Positions 1-11,029 of a DNA stretch of 64,000 nt are shown piece after piece (the first letter of the stretch is position 1; every line of letters begins with the position of its first letter). A model generated the notes under the pieces. The model saw nothing but the letters and a program-made list of their open reading frames with translations, did not search any database and had not been told where the DNA came from. Source of the stretch: Octopus bimaculoides (lineage: Eukaryota); NCBI RefSeq assembly GCF_001194135.2, contig NC_068985.1:111118909-111182908 (forward strand), read 5' to 3'. The translations under genes and the position numbers were made by a program.

Positions 1-40
1 TATCCTGGATCGGTGGTTTTCTTCTTCGTCATCGTTATCA

Positions 41-420
41 TCACCATCATCATCATCATCTTCTTCTTCTTCTTCTTCTTCTTCTTCTTCTTCTTCTTCT
101 TCTTCTTCTTCTTCTCCTTCTTCTTCTTCTTCTTCTTCTTCTGTGCTCCTTCTTCCTCCTCCTCCTCCTCCTCCTCCATGTTGTTCCTTTTGTTCCTTTT
201 GTTATTGTTGTTGTTGTTTTTTCTCCTTCTTCTCCTTCTTCTTCTCCTTCTTCTTCTTCTTCTTCTCCTCCTTCTTCTCTCCTTCTTCTCCTTCTTCTTC
301 TTCTTCTTCTTCTTCTTCTTCTCCTTCTCCTCCTCCTCCACCTCCTCCTCATCCTCCTCCCCCTCCTCCTCCATGTTGTTGTCTTTGTTCCTTTTGTTGT
401 TCTTCTTTTTCTTCTTTCTC
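41..420. repeat. Compound trinucleotide microsatellite (TTC/CTC/TTG)
   Basis: Runs of TTC, TCC and TTG. Contains two copies of the cassette CTCCTCCATGTTGTT..TTGTTCCTTTTGTT, also present inverted near 14484-14520. Confidence 0.95.
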
Positions 421-658
421 CTTCATTTTATATTTATTTCATGTTACACTGGAGATCAAATACCAAAAAGCAAAACAAAAAAAAAAAACAAGAAACTCCG
501 TGCACTACGCATAAAAAATATATGGAAAGCACTACAGCGAATCAAATTTTAAAAACCTATAAAAGAAAAACCCTAGAACTATAACATAAAATATTACCTA
601 CATTATCTTACCATATGTTCATCAAAATTACGAAAACACCATTTACTAGGCGCTAAGG

Positions 659-809
659 TAGGCATGGGCAACTTTTATCGAGAAGCGAGCCGCACGGGAC
701 TTGATAACTCTTCAAGCAGGCCGGCCGCACCACTAAAAAAAGTTCAAGGTAATTTTTCGTTAGTGGTGTTATTCAAGAGGGCCCGCGGGTCACAGTTTGC
801 CTGTGACTG
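659..809. mobile_element. Probable hAT-type MITE
   Basis: Imperfect terminal inverted repeats TAGGCATGGGCAAC / GTTTGCCTGTGACTG and subterminal GGCCCGCGGG, typical of hAT/Charlie-like ends. The 8-bp TSD is not conserved. Confidence 0.5.
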
Positions 810-1460
810 AACTATTGTAGTAATTGATATATGACCTAATGAAGCCTTAAATGATATAAACCCTGGATGCACCAGTCTGTTGTGGTGGGGTTTCCGTTTG
901 ATAGTTACTGTCCTAGCTACACATATCAATCTTTCTGCGTGAGATAGTCGCCCAGTTGCAACAAAGGGGCCCCTACTCCGGCTGTCTTCTATACCAGCTG
1001 AGCCAAAAGAGATAGAACACCTGGCATAGCTGCTGGAGATGAGGGTTCGCATCCTACGGGCAGCGTTCGACCTTTTCTGTCCACAGGGGTTTTCAACCCA
1101 ATATTTACATACTATCATTTATAGCATTATGTGTGTGCATCAAGAAAGTTTATAAAATCCATATGACGTCAGCAATATATGCGCGTGTGTGTTTGTGTGT
1201 GTATGTGTGTATACATGTGTGTATACATGTGTGTATATGTATACCCACATACACATACACACACCAAACACGCACGCACATGCATGTACGTATAAACAAT
1301 TATATACCATCCCTTGTGGTAAAATTTGAAATGATTATTTTTCATTGCGATCACTTCGACCCATTTACATCCATACTGTTGACGACATAAGCTAGCCAAA
1401 TACAGTGAACGGGTTTCAAAACGTCACACTACAAAGTGCATAACGGAATTTATATATATA

Positions 1461-1688
1461 TTGGATTAGTGCATAATTATTGCGGCTTTTTTTCAACAAA
1501 TTTTGTTCAACAAAAACAATATTTAACAAAAACATCTTTAAATGACGGTCTCAAGCAAATGGGGAACAGTAATTGAAATTGATGGTGAATATGCTCCGGA
1601 ATAACCATTTAAAGATGTTTTTGTTACATGTTGTTACTGTTTTTGTTGAATAAAATTTGTTGCAAAAAAGCCGCAATAATTATGCACC

Positions 1689-1695
<7 letters not shown>
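1461..1695. mobile_element. Mariner-derived MITE (fold-back)
   Basis: Inverted arms of about 85-90 bp (1461-1544 vs 1606-1695) beginning TTGGATT(A/G)GTGCATAATTATTGCGGC, similar to Hsmar/MADE-type TIRs. TA on both sides, embedded in (TA)n. Confidence 0.85.
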
Positions 1696-1720
<25 letters not shown>

Positions 1721-2684
1721 GCACGTAGAATTACACAAATACACACCTGTGTAGACATAGATAAAGAGACACGTACACACAAACGCATACACAATTACAC
1801 ACAAACGCACACACACACACACACTCACACACACACACACACTCACACCCACACACAAGTGTACATCGTTGACAAATTGGTATATTTGTCACCGCTGTGT
1901 AAAACTAGTCGCATTTATTCCTGCTACGTACCTTCACGCAAAAACGCGTATATCGATCGATAAATTATTACCAAGAAAAGAACTAAAATAGATGAAAAAT
2001 CAACCGTAAAACTGGAACACCGAGTTCCAGCATGACCACAATCGAAAGACTGACACCACTAGAATAGATAAAAGAAGATATAAGCATAAATATTTTATCC
2101 CAGTCTTTGACAAATCTATTTAGTATTAGATCTACATTCCTCATATTGAAATCGTTTAAAATGTACAAAGGTTTGTGCAAACGCATATTATATTATTGAC
2201 GCATAATAATATATAGATGTACATCTAACTTGGAATATGTGTTCATTTATGGCGGCATATATGCAATAGCATGCATCAGCTTTCAGCGCCTAGAAAAGCC
2301 ATAAGCACATTTGATAAAATTGAGTGATGTATTTATATAATGTTAAACAGTTAAGTGCACTCACTTGATCTAACGACAGCGGATGTTGTTATTGTTGCGG
2401 CATATTCTACTGCAGTTGTTGCACATTATTGTTTGAACGAATCGCAACTGTTTTGACATTTTAAGATTCTTTCGACAATGGACAGGATGTGAACTTCACT
2501 TCGTGTAAACACGACATGGTCGGACGCTTGATCTGCTAGAAATAGCTGCAAAATCTTATGATTTTTACAAAAAAGAGAAGATAGTAACATATAAGACAAT
2601 ATGGTGCTTGATATTTTTAAACAAATGAAACAGAGGATGATTACACTTGGAATCTTCTGATATTCGTTGACCTAGGGTTAAATA

Positions 2685-2885
2685 ATTGCTTCAAATTTTG
2701 GCACAAGGCCAGCAATTTCCCCTTAGGAATACGAGAGTCGATTACATCGACTCCAGTGTTAAATGGTACATGTTTTATCGATTCCGAAAGTGTCTTCGAC
2801 CTCGGTGAAATTTGAACTCAGAAGGTAAAGGGGCGGAAGAAACTACACCAAGCATTTTGTCCGATGCGCTAACGGTCCTGCTAGC
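2685..2885 (-). mobile_element. SINE family C, degenerate copy
   Basis: Similar to the other C copies: TTCTGAGTTCAAATT, CCGAGGTCGA, CTGGAGTCGATGTAATCGACT and tail AAATTGCTGGCCTTGTGCCAAAATTTGAA. Confidence 0.7.
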
Positions 2886-2936
2886 TTTTAATCTGGGATT
2901 ATTGATTTTATTAAATAAGGGGGGGGGGGTAAATGT

Positions 2937-3190
2937 GGAGGCGCGTGGCTTAGTGGTTAGGGTGTCGGCATCACGATCGTAAGATTGTGGTTTCGATTCC
3001 TGGATCGGGCGACGCGTTCTGTTCTTGAGCAAAACACATCATTTCACGTTCCTCCAGTTCACTCAGCTGGCAAAAATGAGTAATGCTGCAATGGACTGGC
3101 GTCCTGTCCAGCTGGGGAACACATACGCCACAGAAACCGGGAAACCGGGCCCATGATCCTGGCTAGGCTTTAAAAGGGTGCATTTATTAT
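2937..3190 (+). mobile_element. tRNA-derived SINE family B (V-domain-like body)
   Basis: A-box TGGCTTAGTGG, B-box GTTTCGATTCC, body GCAATGGACTGGCGTCCTGTCCAG and tail GAAACCGGGAAACCGGGCCCATGA..GGCTTTAAAAGGG. Homologous to 57124-57332, 56760-56877 and 8140-8198. Confidence 0.85.
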
Positions 3191-3251
3191 TTTTTTTAAG
3201 GGCTTAAATAAAAGTAATAATAACAAAAGCAGCAGAAACAACAACTCATAA

Positions 3252-3461
3252 ATAATTGCTACCAATTTTTGCACAAGGTCAACGATTTTAGGGAAAGAAG
3301 AAACAATCAATTGTATCGACACCAGTATTCAACTGGTACTTATTTATTGACTCCGAATGAATGACTCGGAGGAAATTGAATCCAAAGTCTGAAGAATCAT
3401 GGGAAGAAATACCGCTAAGTATTGTGTTCGACGCGCTAAAGACTTAGCCAACCCACCGCCT
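3252..3461 (-). mobile_element. SINE family C, degenerate copy
   Basis: Head (CCACCGCCT on +), GAAATACCGCTAAG and ACTGGTACTTATTT match the other C copies. Confidence 0.65.
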
Positions 3462-3610
3462 GAGCTGGGATTGTTGTTGTTATTTGAGTTGGGGTTAGTT
3501 AATAATGGTATAATAGTAATACTAACAAGAAAATTGCGAAGCAGATATAAAAGTGAAACAATGCATGAATTCTTCGTGCCTTGTAGTGTATGATTACATA
3601 CATAAATGCG

Positions 3611-3642
<32 letters not shown>

Positions 3643-3815
3643 NNNNNNNNNNNNNNNNNNNNNNNNNNNNNNNNNNNNNNNNNNNNNNNNNNNNNNNNNN
3701 NNNNNNNNNNNNNNNNNNNNNNNNNNNNNNNNNNNNNNNNNNNNNNNNNNNNNNNNNNNNNNNNNNNNNNNNNNNNNNNNNNNNNNNNNNATATATATAT
3801 ATATATATATATATA

Positions 3816-4021
3816 GGGAGAATTCACAAATAAAAACAACAGACGAAGACAGGTAGTGTAGAAAACAAATAGATGTATTAGTATAACGCTCGGGAATTAA
3901 AAAGTATTTAACGTTTAAAGCCTACGCTCTTCCACAGAAAGGAACACAGAAAGGAACACAGAAAGAAACAAAGGGAGAAACAAGGAGAGAAAAAAATGTG
4001 TAGTGGTCAGCGATCTATCAT
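3816..4021 (-). mobile_element. Dispersed ~200-bp repeat, probably a Penelope-like terminal fragment
   Basis: Close paralogue of 10671-10868. Starts immediately after (TA)n and carries a degenerate hammerhead-like motif at about 3907-3942. Confidence 0.65.
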
Positions 4022-4435
4022 AGATACATATAAATGTACACATCTACATGCATGCAAATATATATATATGTATGTGTGCGTGTTCGGTCGAAGCTTATGA
4101 TTCACTCCTTCGCAACTCAGAGCTTCTTGCTAACTGCGATTCTTCAAGAGACAAAAATATGCTTTTACGTTATCCAGAGCACCACTCCTTTTGCATGGCA
4201 GTACAATACTGTTTTATGGAGATTTGGTGCCTTTCCGCCCTGCCCTCCAACCGCATAATGGCTCATGGGTGAACGCTACAGGCTGAAGGCAGACTGGCAC
4301 ACTACGTGTCAATGACTGTTTCGAAATTAGCATTTCACTCAAGCATGCATATCGAAATTGCGAACAATCCAACGATTAATTCTGATTTAAGGTAGACGTT
4401 TTGGACTTCGCCCGTTGTCATGACATCTCACTGCC

Positions 4436-4567
4436 AGCCCTTTCCTTCTGCATGTTGCCCTCGATGACTTCATCAAAGCCACTGAAGAGTTAACCATTTG
4501 CTACGTAGACGGGATTATGTTATCAATAACAAAAGGAAATATTATCTCGATTAAATATATCAATTAA
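4436..4567 (+). pseudogene. Possible decayed LINE reverse transcriptase fragment
   Basis: Manual translation SPFLLHVALDDFIKATEELTICYVDGIM loosely resembles the SP.LF.LYINDL...YADD motif. Weak match. Confidence 0.3.
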
Positions 4568-4917
4568 GACCATACAAGCATTTGTTAATAACCCATTTTG
4601 GAATGCAGCATGACTTTCTTTCTGAATAAAGTAACAATCACGATTGAAACATCCTTCGTTAAAGATTTTCTTAATCACTTTTTATACTAGCATAAGGAAC
4701 TTCATCAGAAGTTCTGTTACAAATACAAATGCACATTATGCATATCTCTAAACTTGCTGTAAAGAGCAATGAATTTTATCCAGTAGAGAGAATTTTATTA
4801 TATCACAAGTCACGCAATTATTTCGTAATCTCAGAAAAGAAATTCGGTGAATGATTCACACCGATGAATAGCGGCAGAGATGCGGTGAAAGAGCTACTCC
4901 ACACCACTGCCGCATTT

Positions 4918-5029
4918 CACTCATTTCTAAGGATTGCCATTCCGACACTGCTCAGACTAGGTGGGCTGGTGGACCGGGAGACTAGGATCAAGAATGTTTT
5001 CATCATTATAAGTTTGAAAAGAAATCTAA
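4918..5029 (+). repeat. Dispersed repeat copy 1 (inverted partner at 5611-5724)
   Basis: Shares TCAGACT.G....TGGTG.ACCGG and TTATAAGTTTGAAAAG.AAT.TAA with the reverse complement of 5611-5724. Possibly a CR1/L2-like 3' end. Confidence 0.6.
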
Positions 5030-5225
5030 TGGAGAACGCAGAGTTTTCTATACGATTAGAGCTAGCAAGGCTTGACCGAGCGGACGGCAAGAGATCAAAC
5101 GATATCATAACATTCCCATTTTGAGGTGAAATGACAACTCTTTTATCTGGGATGCGACGCAGAATGATTCTCTTTCCAGTAGCATTCTAGCAAAATCAGC
5201 ATCAGTCCCAGACTTCGTCTCTTGA
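5030..5225 (+). mobile_element. CRE-like non-LTR retrotransposon, restriction-like endonuclease fragment
   Basis: Translates ARLDRADGKRSNDIITFPF then, after a frameshift, IWDATQNDSLSSSILAKS. Matches the DRGDGKRPDG.T.FP..G....WD.TC motif and is homologous to 22315-22807. Confidence 0.65.
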
Positions 5226-5247
5226 CCAACCGAGGATAATAGGGTTC

Positions 5248-5573
5248 TTATTGCCACTTCGTCGGTTATGACGACGTGAGTTCCATTTGATCCGATCAAC
5301 AGAACAGCCTCATCGTAAAATTAACGTGTAGGTGACTGAGCGCTCTACAGACACGTATACCGTTAGTATAGTTCTCAGGGAGATTTAGCGTGACAGAGAA
5401 TGTGACAAGGCTGGCTCTTTCAAATACAGGCACAACTCAATTTTGCCCGCTGAGGAGGATTAGAGCAACGTGAAATAAAGTGTCTTGCCCAAGGACACAA
5501 TGTGCCACCAGGAAACTAACTCTCGACTTAACGGCTGAGCAATTAGCCTAACTACTAAGCCACGTGCCTTCAC
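5248..5573 (-). mobile_element. SINE with B-type tRNA head and D-type tail
   Basis: Reverse complement begins GAAGGCACGTGGCTTAGTAGTTAGG, continues CCTTGGGCAAGACACTTTATTTCACGTTGCTC, then the D tail CTGAGAACTA...GTTGATCGGATCAA.TGGAAC shared with 22050-22190 and 54851-55013. Confidence 0.8.
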
Positions 5574-5610
5574 TGAATCGCAAGGTTTACAAAGTTCTGG
5601 ATAGTTATCG

Positions 5611-5724
5611 TTAAATTCCTTTTCAAACTTATAACAATGGAAGCATCTGGAGCCCTGCCCTCTCTCCGGTTCACCAACTTTACCAGTCTGAACGCTGTAA
5701 GGATGGTAATTCTTATAAATGCGC
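5611..5724 (-). repeat. Dispersed repeat copy 2 (inverted partner of 4918-5029)
   Basis: See 4918-5029. Both ORF-track peptides end in ISLKRNL. Confidence 0.6.
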
Positions 5725-5849
5725 TGTATGACCGAATAGCAGTCTCAGCACTTCTCCGGTGGCATTCCACAGTATAAATCAGTTTATTTAGTGGGGCCAC
5801 GAAATAATTGCATGACTAGCTGTGATATAATCCTTTATACTAAAGACAA

Positions 5850-6045
5850 AAGATTGAAGATTTCTAAGGCTGGGACTAGCCGATTACATCGATCCCAGTT
5901 CTCAAACGGTACTTATATTTCATCGATCGCGAAAGGATAAAAGCAAAATAGAACTCAGCAGGATTTTAACCCGGATCGTTTAGATGGACAAAATATCGCT
6001 AAGCATTTGGTACGGCGTTCTAACGACTGTGCTACCTCGCTTCTT
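5850..6045 (-). mobile_element. SINE family C, degenerate copy
   Basis: CGATTACATCGA.CCCAG, GGTACTTAT, GAAAGGAT and CGCTAAGCATTT motifs on +. Confidence 0.6.
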
Positions 6046-6559
6046 TTAGCTGTGATATAATAAAATTATTTTACTTATTCGGTGTACGCATTAGAAGCAG
6101 TATTAAATTAAAATAATCATCTACGTATCATGTTTAACGTTGCGTATACAGGATTTTTATTCCGGTTGGCAGCTATTTGCAACATCAGTGAATGTTTAAT
6201 TCTCTTTTTGCTGTATCAGACGCGAGAAATTCTCGTCTAAGCACATGGCTAACCGCGGGTACAGGCCATTGAAATACTCAAGATGCTGAAATGCATCTTG
6301 CGTTTTCGCTGACCGTTGCTGGGACGAATTTCCGTCTTCCTCTGATATTATTTTTCGTTTTATAAACACAACAATTCCATAAATGATATTATTTCGGGAC
6401 AAATACTGCAATAACTGGCCTATCAACCATGTGTGTACATAAAATATGAAATATACATAGCTAGTTTTGCCAAAAAAAAATAATACTCTGATTTTAGTTT
6501 TACAGCTGTATTTGAACAATACTTATAATCAAGCTCATCCCCATATCAAATATAATGGT

Positions 6560-7720
6560 GAAACTCTAAAATCAAAGATGTTTCATCCGTGACTGTTCTA
6601 TGTATTTCTCATATACGATATATGTAAGATTACATCACACAGCCCGTCCTTTGTGAGTTTTTTTTTTCTGAAGTGGTTCTCATTTTGTTTGGGTCAATCC
6701 TTGTTTTCCTCGATACACTTATGGCTACTGAATCGATTAAAGCAGTTGTTGTTCGGATATTTTGTTTCCGGGGACAGGGCCTTGTTAAGTATAGTCATTC
6801 TTTCGCAGGACTGTTTATTTGTGTGAAGTACGGACAGAGGTTTCAGTTGGTCTATATTCATGGGTTTTTGCTATTCTATCTTCTAGTTTCTTTATTGCTT
6901 CCATTAGATTCTTTCCAATGTTAACTCTGATTGATCTATTATACCTATTTATTCTGTTTGTTATTAAGTGTGGGGTCAAAGTTAAGTTTTTTCCTTCTAG
7001 CTGGGTTGAATGTTTCAATAGAGACATGTGTGGTTTTCATACGCATTTTAGATTTTAGTTTTTTTTCCCTTTATTTTCTTATATTTTCTTTGCTCTACCG
7101 CTTAGATTTATTTTTTCATATATAGTGAGTTCTATCGTATTTTCACTGTATTTTCAGAGCTCGTTCATTGTATACGTAGTGGTTTCTGTTCTGTTATATA
7201 CTTTCTTTTGTAAAGGCTTATATGTTTTGTGTATAATACATTCTACAATAATGCTTTCATTTAGGATGTGAAAGCTTATCTTTTTGCGTGTGTGATCTCA
7301 TATTTCGTTATATTTTCAGTATGTATTTACGTAGATATTCTTTTCCTGTTAATAGCATTTTTATTGATTATGAATATACATATATATTCGCGAGTCTGGG
7401 TACATTTTTTTCTTCTTCTAACTTCTCTTTTCTGCTCAATACCGCCTACGTGATGCTCGTGTATCAGATATAATATGGTTGTATTGTAAGTATATAAGGG
7501 TAGCACATCAATTGTTCATTTGTCCAACGCTTTCTTTTTAATCTAATTTTTATATTATTGGAAGCTAGTAATACGAGGCGGGTATTTTGTTGAGAGTTAA
7601 CCTTTAGAGAAGACACCGGTTCTTAATGTTGCATTAATTTCGTAGCGTGCTCGCATTGAACTCACATTAAAACATTTATCATACCTCCTTAAATAGATGC
7701 TAATTTTTTTTTTCTTTTGT
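6560..7720 (-). mobile_element. Heavily decayed Penelope-like retroelement (candidate)
   Basis: Short peptides YNRSIRVNIGKNLMEAIKK (cf. FNPPY.KSV.TNIGK), PRLANIY (cf. AP.YANIF) and a GIY-YIG-like YIY..TDETS segment, with many stops and frameshifts. Confidence 0.35.
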
Positions 7721-8139
7721 TAATAAAGTTGGTTGTATGTTATTGAGAGATTTTCAACTTTGAAGATGACCGGAAACTCGCCTCAAACTTATTCTCAAAC
7801 GCAGAGTCCAACAAGCAGACGACAAGCTGACCGAAGAAATTCATTTCCTTAATACTATTCGTGAACAACAGATTTGGCAAGCTCTCTCTGGCGGCGCAAA
7901 AGGTAAAACAGAAAAGAGAGCTCCCCACCACAAAGAAAAAAATTGACCTAACGAAAAAGTAAAGAAAACATCCACGACGAACAACGCCGTGGCTTTTACG
8001 ATTCGTGATATACTAGACAAAGGACTTCATTTTAATCACCTCCATTTTGAGACAAATCAAGTGTAGAGTAGTGTAGCCTTCGATAATGTAGAAGATGAGA
8101 AGCGTAAGGAGCTTGTGAGAATTATCTCTGATGCAATTT

Positions 8140-8198
8140 TTTATTTATTTATGCGCCCCTTTTAAAGCCTAGCCAGGCTCATGGGCCCGGTTTACCGG
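8140..8198 (-). mobile_element. SINE family B 3' tail (runs into gap)
   Basis: ATGCGCCCCTTTTAAAGCCTAGCCAGGCTCATGGGCCCGGTTT is the reverse complement of the B tail. Confidence 0.85.
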
Positions 8199-8879
8199 NN
8201 NNNNNNNNNNNNNNNNNNNNNNNNNNNNNNNNNNNNNNNNNNNNNNNNNNNNNNNNNNNNNNNNNNNNNNNNNNNNNNNNNNNNNNNNNNNNNNNNNNNN
8301 NNNNNNNNNNNNNNNNNNNNNNNNNNNNNNNNNNNNNNNNNNNNNNNNNNNNNNNNNNNNNNNNNNNNNNNNNNNNNNNNNNNNNNNNNNNNNNNNNNNN
8401 NNNNNNNNNNNNNNNNNNNNNNNNNNNNNNNNNNNNNNNNNNNNNNNNNNNNNNNNNNNNNNNNNNNNNNNNNNNNNNNNNNNNNNNNNNNNNNNNNNNN
8501 NNNNNNNNNNNNNNNNNNNNNNNNNNNNNNNNNNNNNNNNNNNNNNNNNNNNNNNNNNNNNNNNNNNNNNNNNNNNNNNNNNNNNNNNNNNNNNNNNNNN
8601 NNNNNNNNNNNNNNNNNNNNNNNNNNNNNNNNNNNNNNNNNNNNNNNNNNNNNNNNNNNNNNNNNNNNNNNNNNNNNNNNNNNNNNNNNNNNNNNNNNNN
8701 NNNNNNNNNNNNNNNNNNNNNNNNNNNNNNNNNNNNNNNNNNNNNNNNNNNNNNNNNNNNNNNNNNNNNNNNNNNNNNNNNNNNNNNNNNNNNNNNNNNN
8801 NNNNNNNNNNNNNNNNNNNNNNNNNNNNNNNNTGTATACCGTATTTCATGACAGAAAAAGTGCACGGCCGTATTAGGCC

Positions 8880-8970
8880 TCGGAGTCGATAAATTTAGTA
8901 CCAGTTGAACACCGGGGTAATCGACTTATCAGTTCCACCAAAATTGCTAGCAATGTACCAAGATTTGAAG
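8880..8970 (+). mobile_element. SINE family C 3' fragment
   Basis: GTCGATAAATTTAGTACCAGTTG..GGGGTAATCGACT..AAATTGCT. Confidence 0.6.
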
Positions 8971-8987
8971 CTATTCTTCTTCCTGTT

Positions 8988-9222
8988 GTTAAGGCGGTGA
9001 GCCGGCAGAATTGTGAGCACGCCGGGTGAAATGCTTAGCGGTATTTCGTCTGCCGCTACGTTCCGAGTTGAAATTCCGCCGCGATCCACTTTGCCTTTCA
9101 TCCTTTTGGGATCGATAAACTAAGTACCAGTGAAGTACTGGGGTCGATGAGATCGATGAGATCGATTTACCCCCTCCACCAAGATCTCAGGCCTTCTGCT
9201 TATAATAGAAAGGATCATTATC
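8988..9222 (+). mobile_element. SINE family C, near-complete copy
   Basis: GTTAAGGCGGTGAGCCGGCAGAAT..GAAATGCTTAGCGGTATTTCGTCTGCCGCTACG..CTTTGCCTTTCATCC..AAGTACCAG..GGGGTCGATG..ATAATAGAAAGGAT. About 10 homologues in the window. Confidence 0.9.
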
Positions 9223-9529
9223 GATGTTGTTTTAATAGTGTAATAGTGAGTGTGATACGGTGATCGTTACAAAGACGAAGAACGCTGATATGATGATGAT
9301 GACGATGATGATGATGATGATGATGACAGTTCTATTAAGACATTGCGTGTGTGAGCGTGTATGTGTGAGCACGTGCGCGCGCGCGTGTCAGTAAATCGAC
9401 GAGTCTGCCGAAAATTTGAAGATGGTGAAAAATCAGTTTTAATTTGCACAATTAGATTGGAATTCGATCGAAACGCATCACATTGGCACCATCGTGTCCA
9501 AACCCCAACCCGACCTGACAATCAACAGT

Positions 9530-9867
9530 TGCAGCATCATCAGTATCAACGCCACCACCACCATCACCACCACCACCACCATCACCACCACCACCACCAT
9601 CACCACCACCATCGTTATCATCGCCTTCAAGTCCACCGTCAACATCTTTACAATCCTCATTAGCATCACCATCGTCACCACCTTCAAGATAACCACCACT
9701 ACCACCACCACCACCACCACCACGATCACCACCATCCTCTCCACACTACACAGTCATACTACCGTCAACCTTATATTCACCACCACCACCACCACCATCA
9801 ACTTCACCATCTCTTTCACAACTTTACCACTATAACAATCATCACTACGAGCGCTACCAGCGCCTCC
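9530..9867. repeat. (CAC/CAT)n degenerate microsatellite
   Basis: Direct inspection. Runs into a gap. Confidence 0.9.
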
Positions 9868-10670
9868 NNNNNNNNNNNNNNNNNNNNNNNNNNNNNNNNN
9901 NNNNNNNNNNNNNNNNNNNNNNNNNNNNNNNNNNNNNNNNNNNNNNNNNNNNNNNNNNNNNNNNNNNNNNNNNNNNNNNNNNNNNNNNNNNNNNNNNNNN
10001 NNNNNNNNNNNNNNNNNNNNNNNNNNNNNNNNNNNNNNNNNNNNNNNNNNNNNNNNNNNNNNNNNNNNNNNNNNNNNNNNNNNNNNNNNNNNNNNNNNNN
10101 NNNNNNNNNNNNNNNNNNNNNNNNNNNNNNNNNNNNNNNNNNNNNNNNNNNNNNNNNNNNNNNNNNNNNNNNNNNNNNNNNNNNNNNNNNNNNNNNNNNN
10201 NNNNNNNNNNNNNNNNNNNNNNNNNNNNNNNNNNNNNNNNNNNNNNNNNNNNNNNNNNNNNNNNNNNNNNNNNNNNNNNNNNNNNNNNNNNNNNNNNNNN
10301 NNNNNNNNNNNNNNNNNNNNNNNNNNNNNNNNNNNNNNNNNNNNNNNNNNNNNNNNNNNNNNNNNNNNNNNNNNNNNNNNNNNNNNNNNNNNNNNNNNNN
10401 NNNNNNNNNNNNNNNNNNNNNNNNNNNNNNNNNNNNNNNNNNNNNNNNNNNNNNNNNNNNNNNNNNNNNNNNNNNNNNNNNNNNNNNNNNNNNNNNNNNN
10501 NNNNNNNNNNNNNNNNNNNNNNNNNNNNNNNNNNNNNNNNNNNNNNNNNNNNNNNNNNNNNNNNNNNNNNNNNNNNNNNNNNNNNNNNNNNNNNNNNNNN
10601 NNNNNNNNNNNNNNNNNNNNNNNNNNNNNNNNNNNNNNNNNNNNNNNNNNNNNNNNNNNNNATATATATA

Positions 10671-10868
10671 GGGAGAATTCACAAACAAATAAAAGACGAC
10701 GAAGACAGGTGGTGTAGAAAACAAACAAATGTATTAGTATAACGCTCGGTAATTGTAAAAGTCTTTAACGTTTCGAGCCTACGCTCTTCCACAGAATGGA
10801 ACACAGCAAGAAACAAGGAGAGAAACAAGCAGAGAAAAAAAATGTGTGTAGTGGTTAGCGATCTATCA
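10671..10868 (-). mobile_element. Dispersed ~200-bp repeat, probably a Penelope-like terminal fragment
   Basis: Paralogue of 3816-4021, follows (TA)n. The minus strand contains CTGTGGA-A-GAGC-GTAG-GCTC-GAAACGTT. Confidence 0.65.
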
Positions 10869-11029
10869 TGGCGAATATATATATATAAATATATGAGAGG
10901 TATTGGTATCCAGAAGACCCAGGATGGCAGGTATGGCGATGTAAGTGCCACGGCGTATCCTAGTTAGATTCTCGGTTCGATAATGATACGAGTGAGGAGT
11001 CTAATGCGGGTCTTGTGTGAGCATGTATG

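Noticed and set aside
13-552. Long ORFs such as the 179-aa poly-F/L/S frame and other homopolymer ORFs (14201-14758, 34042-35265, 58099-58666)
   Set aside because: They arise from trinucleotide microsatellites that lack stops in some frames. No domain content.
7990-8135. DILDKGLHFN.. peptide resembling the N-terminal part of Penelope ORFs
   Set aside because: Too short and divergent to support a call by eye.
8169-8876. Numerous 200-500 aa ORFs containing X runs (also at 9.8-10.7, 28.4-29.5, 35.7-36.9, 41.2-42.8 and 62.3-63.5 kb)
   Set aside because: Open only because they cross N gaps.
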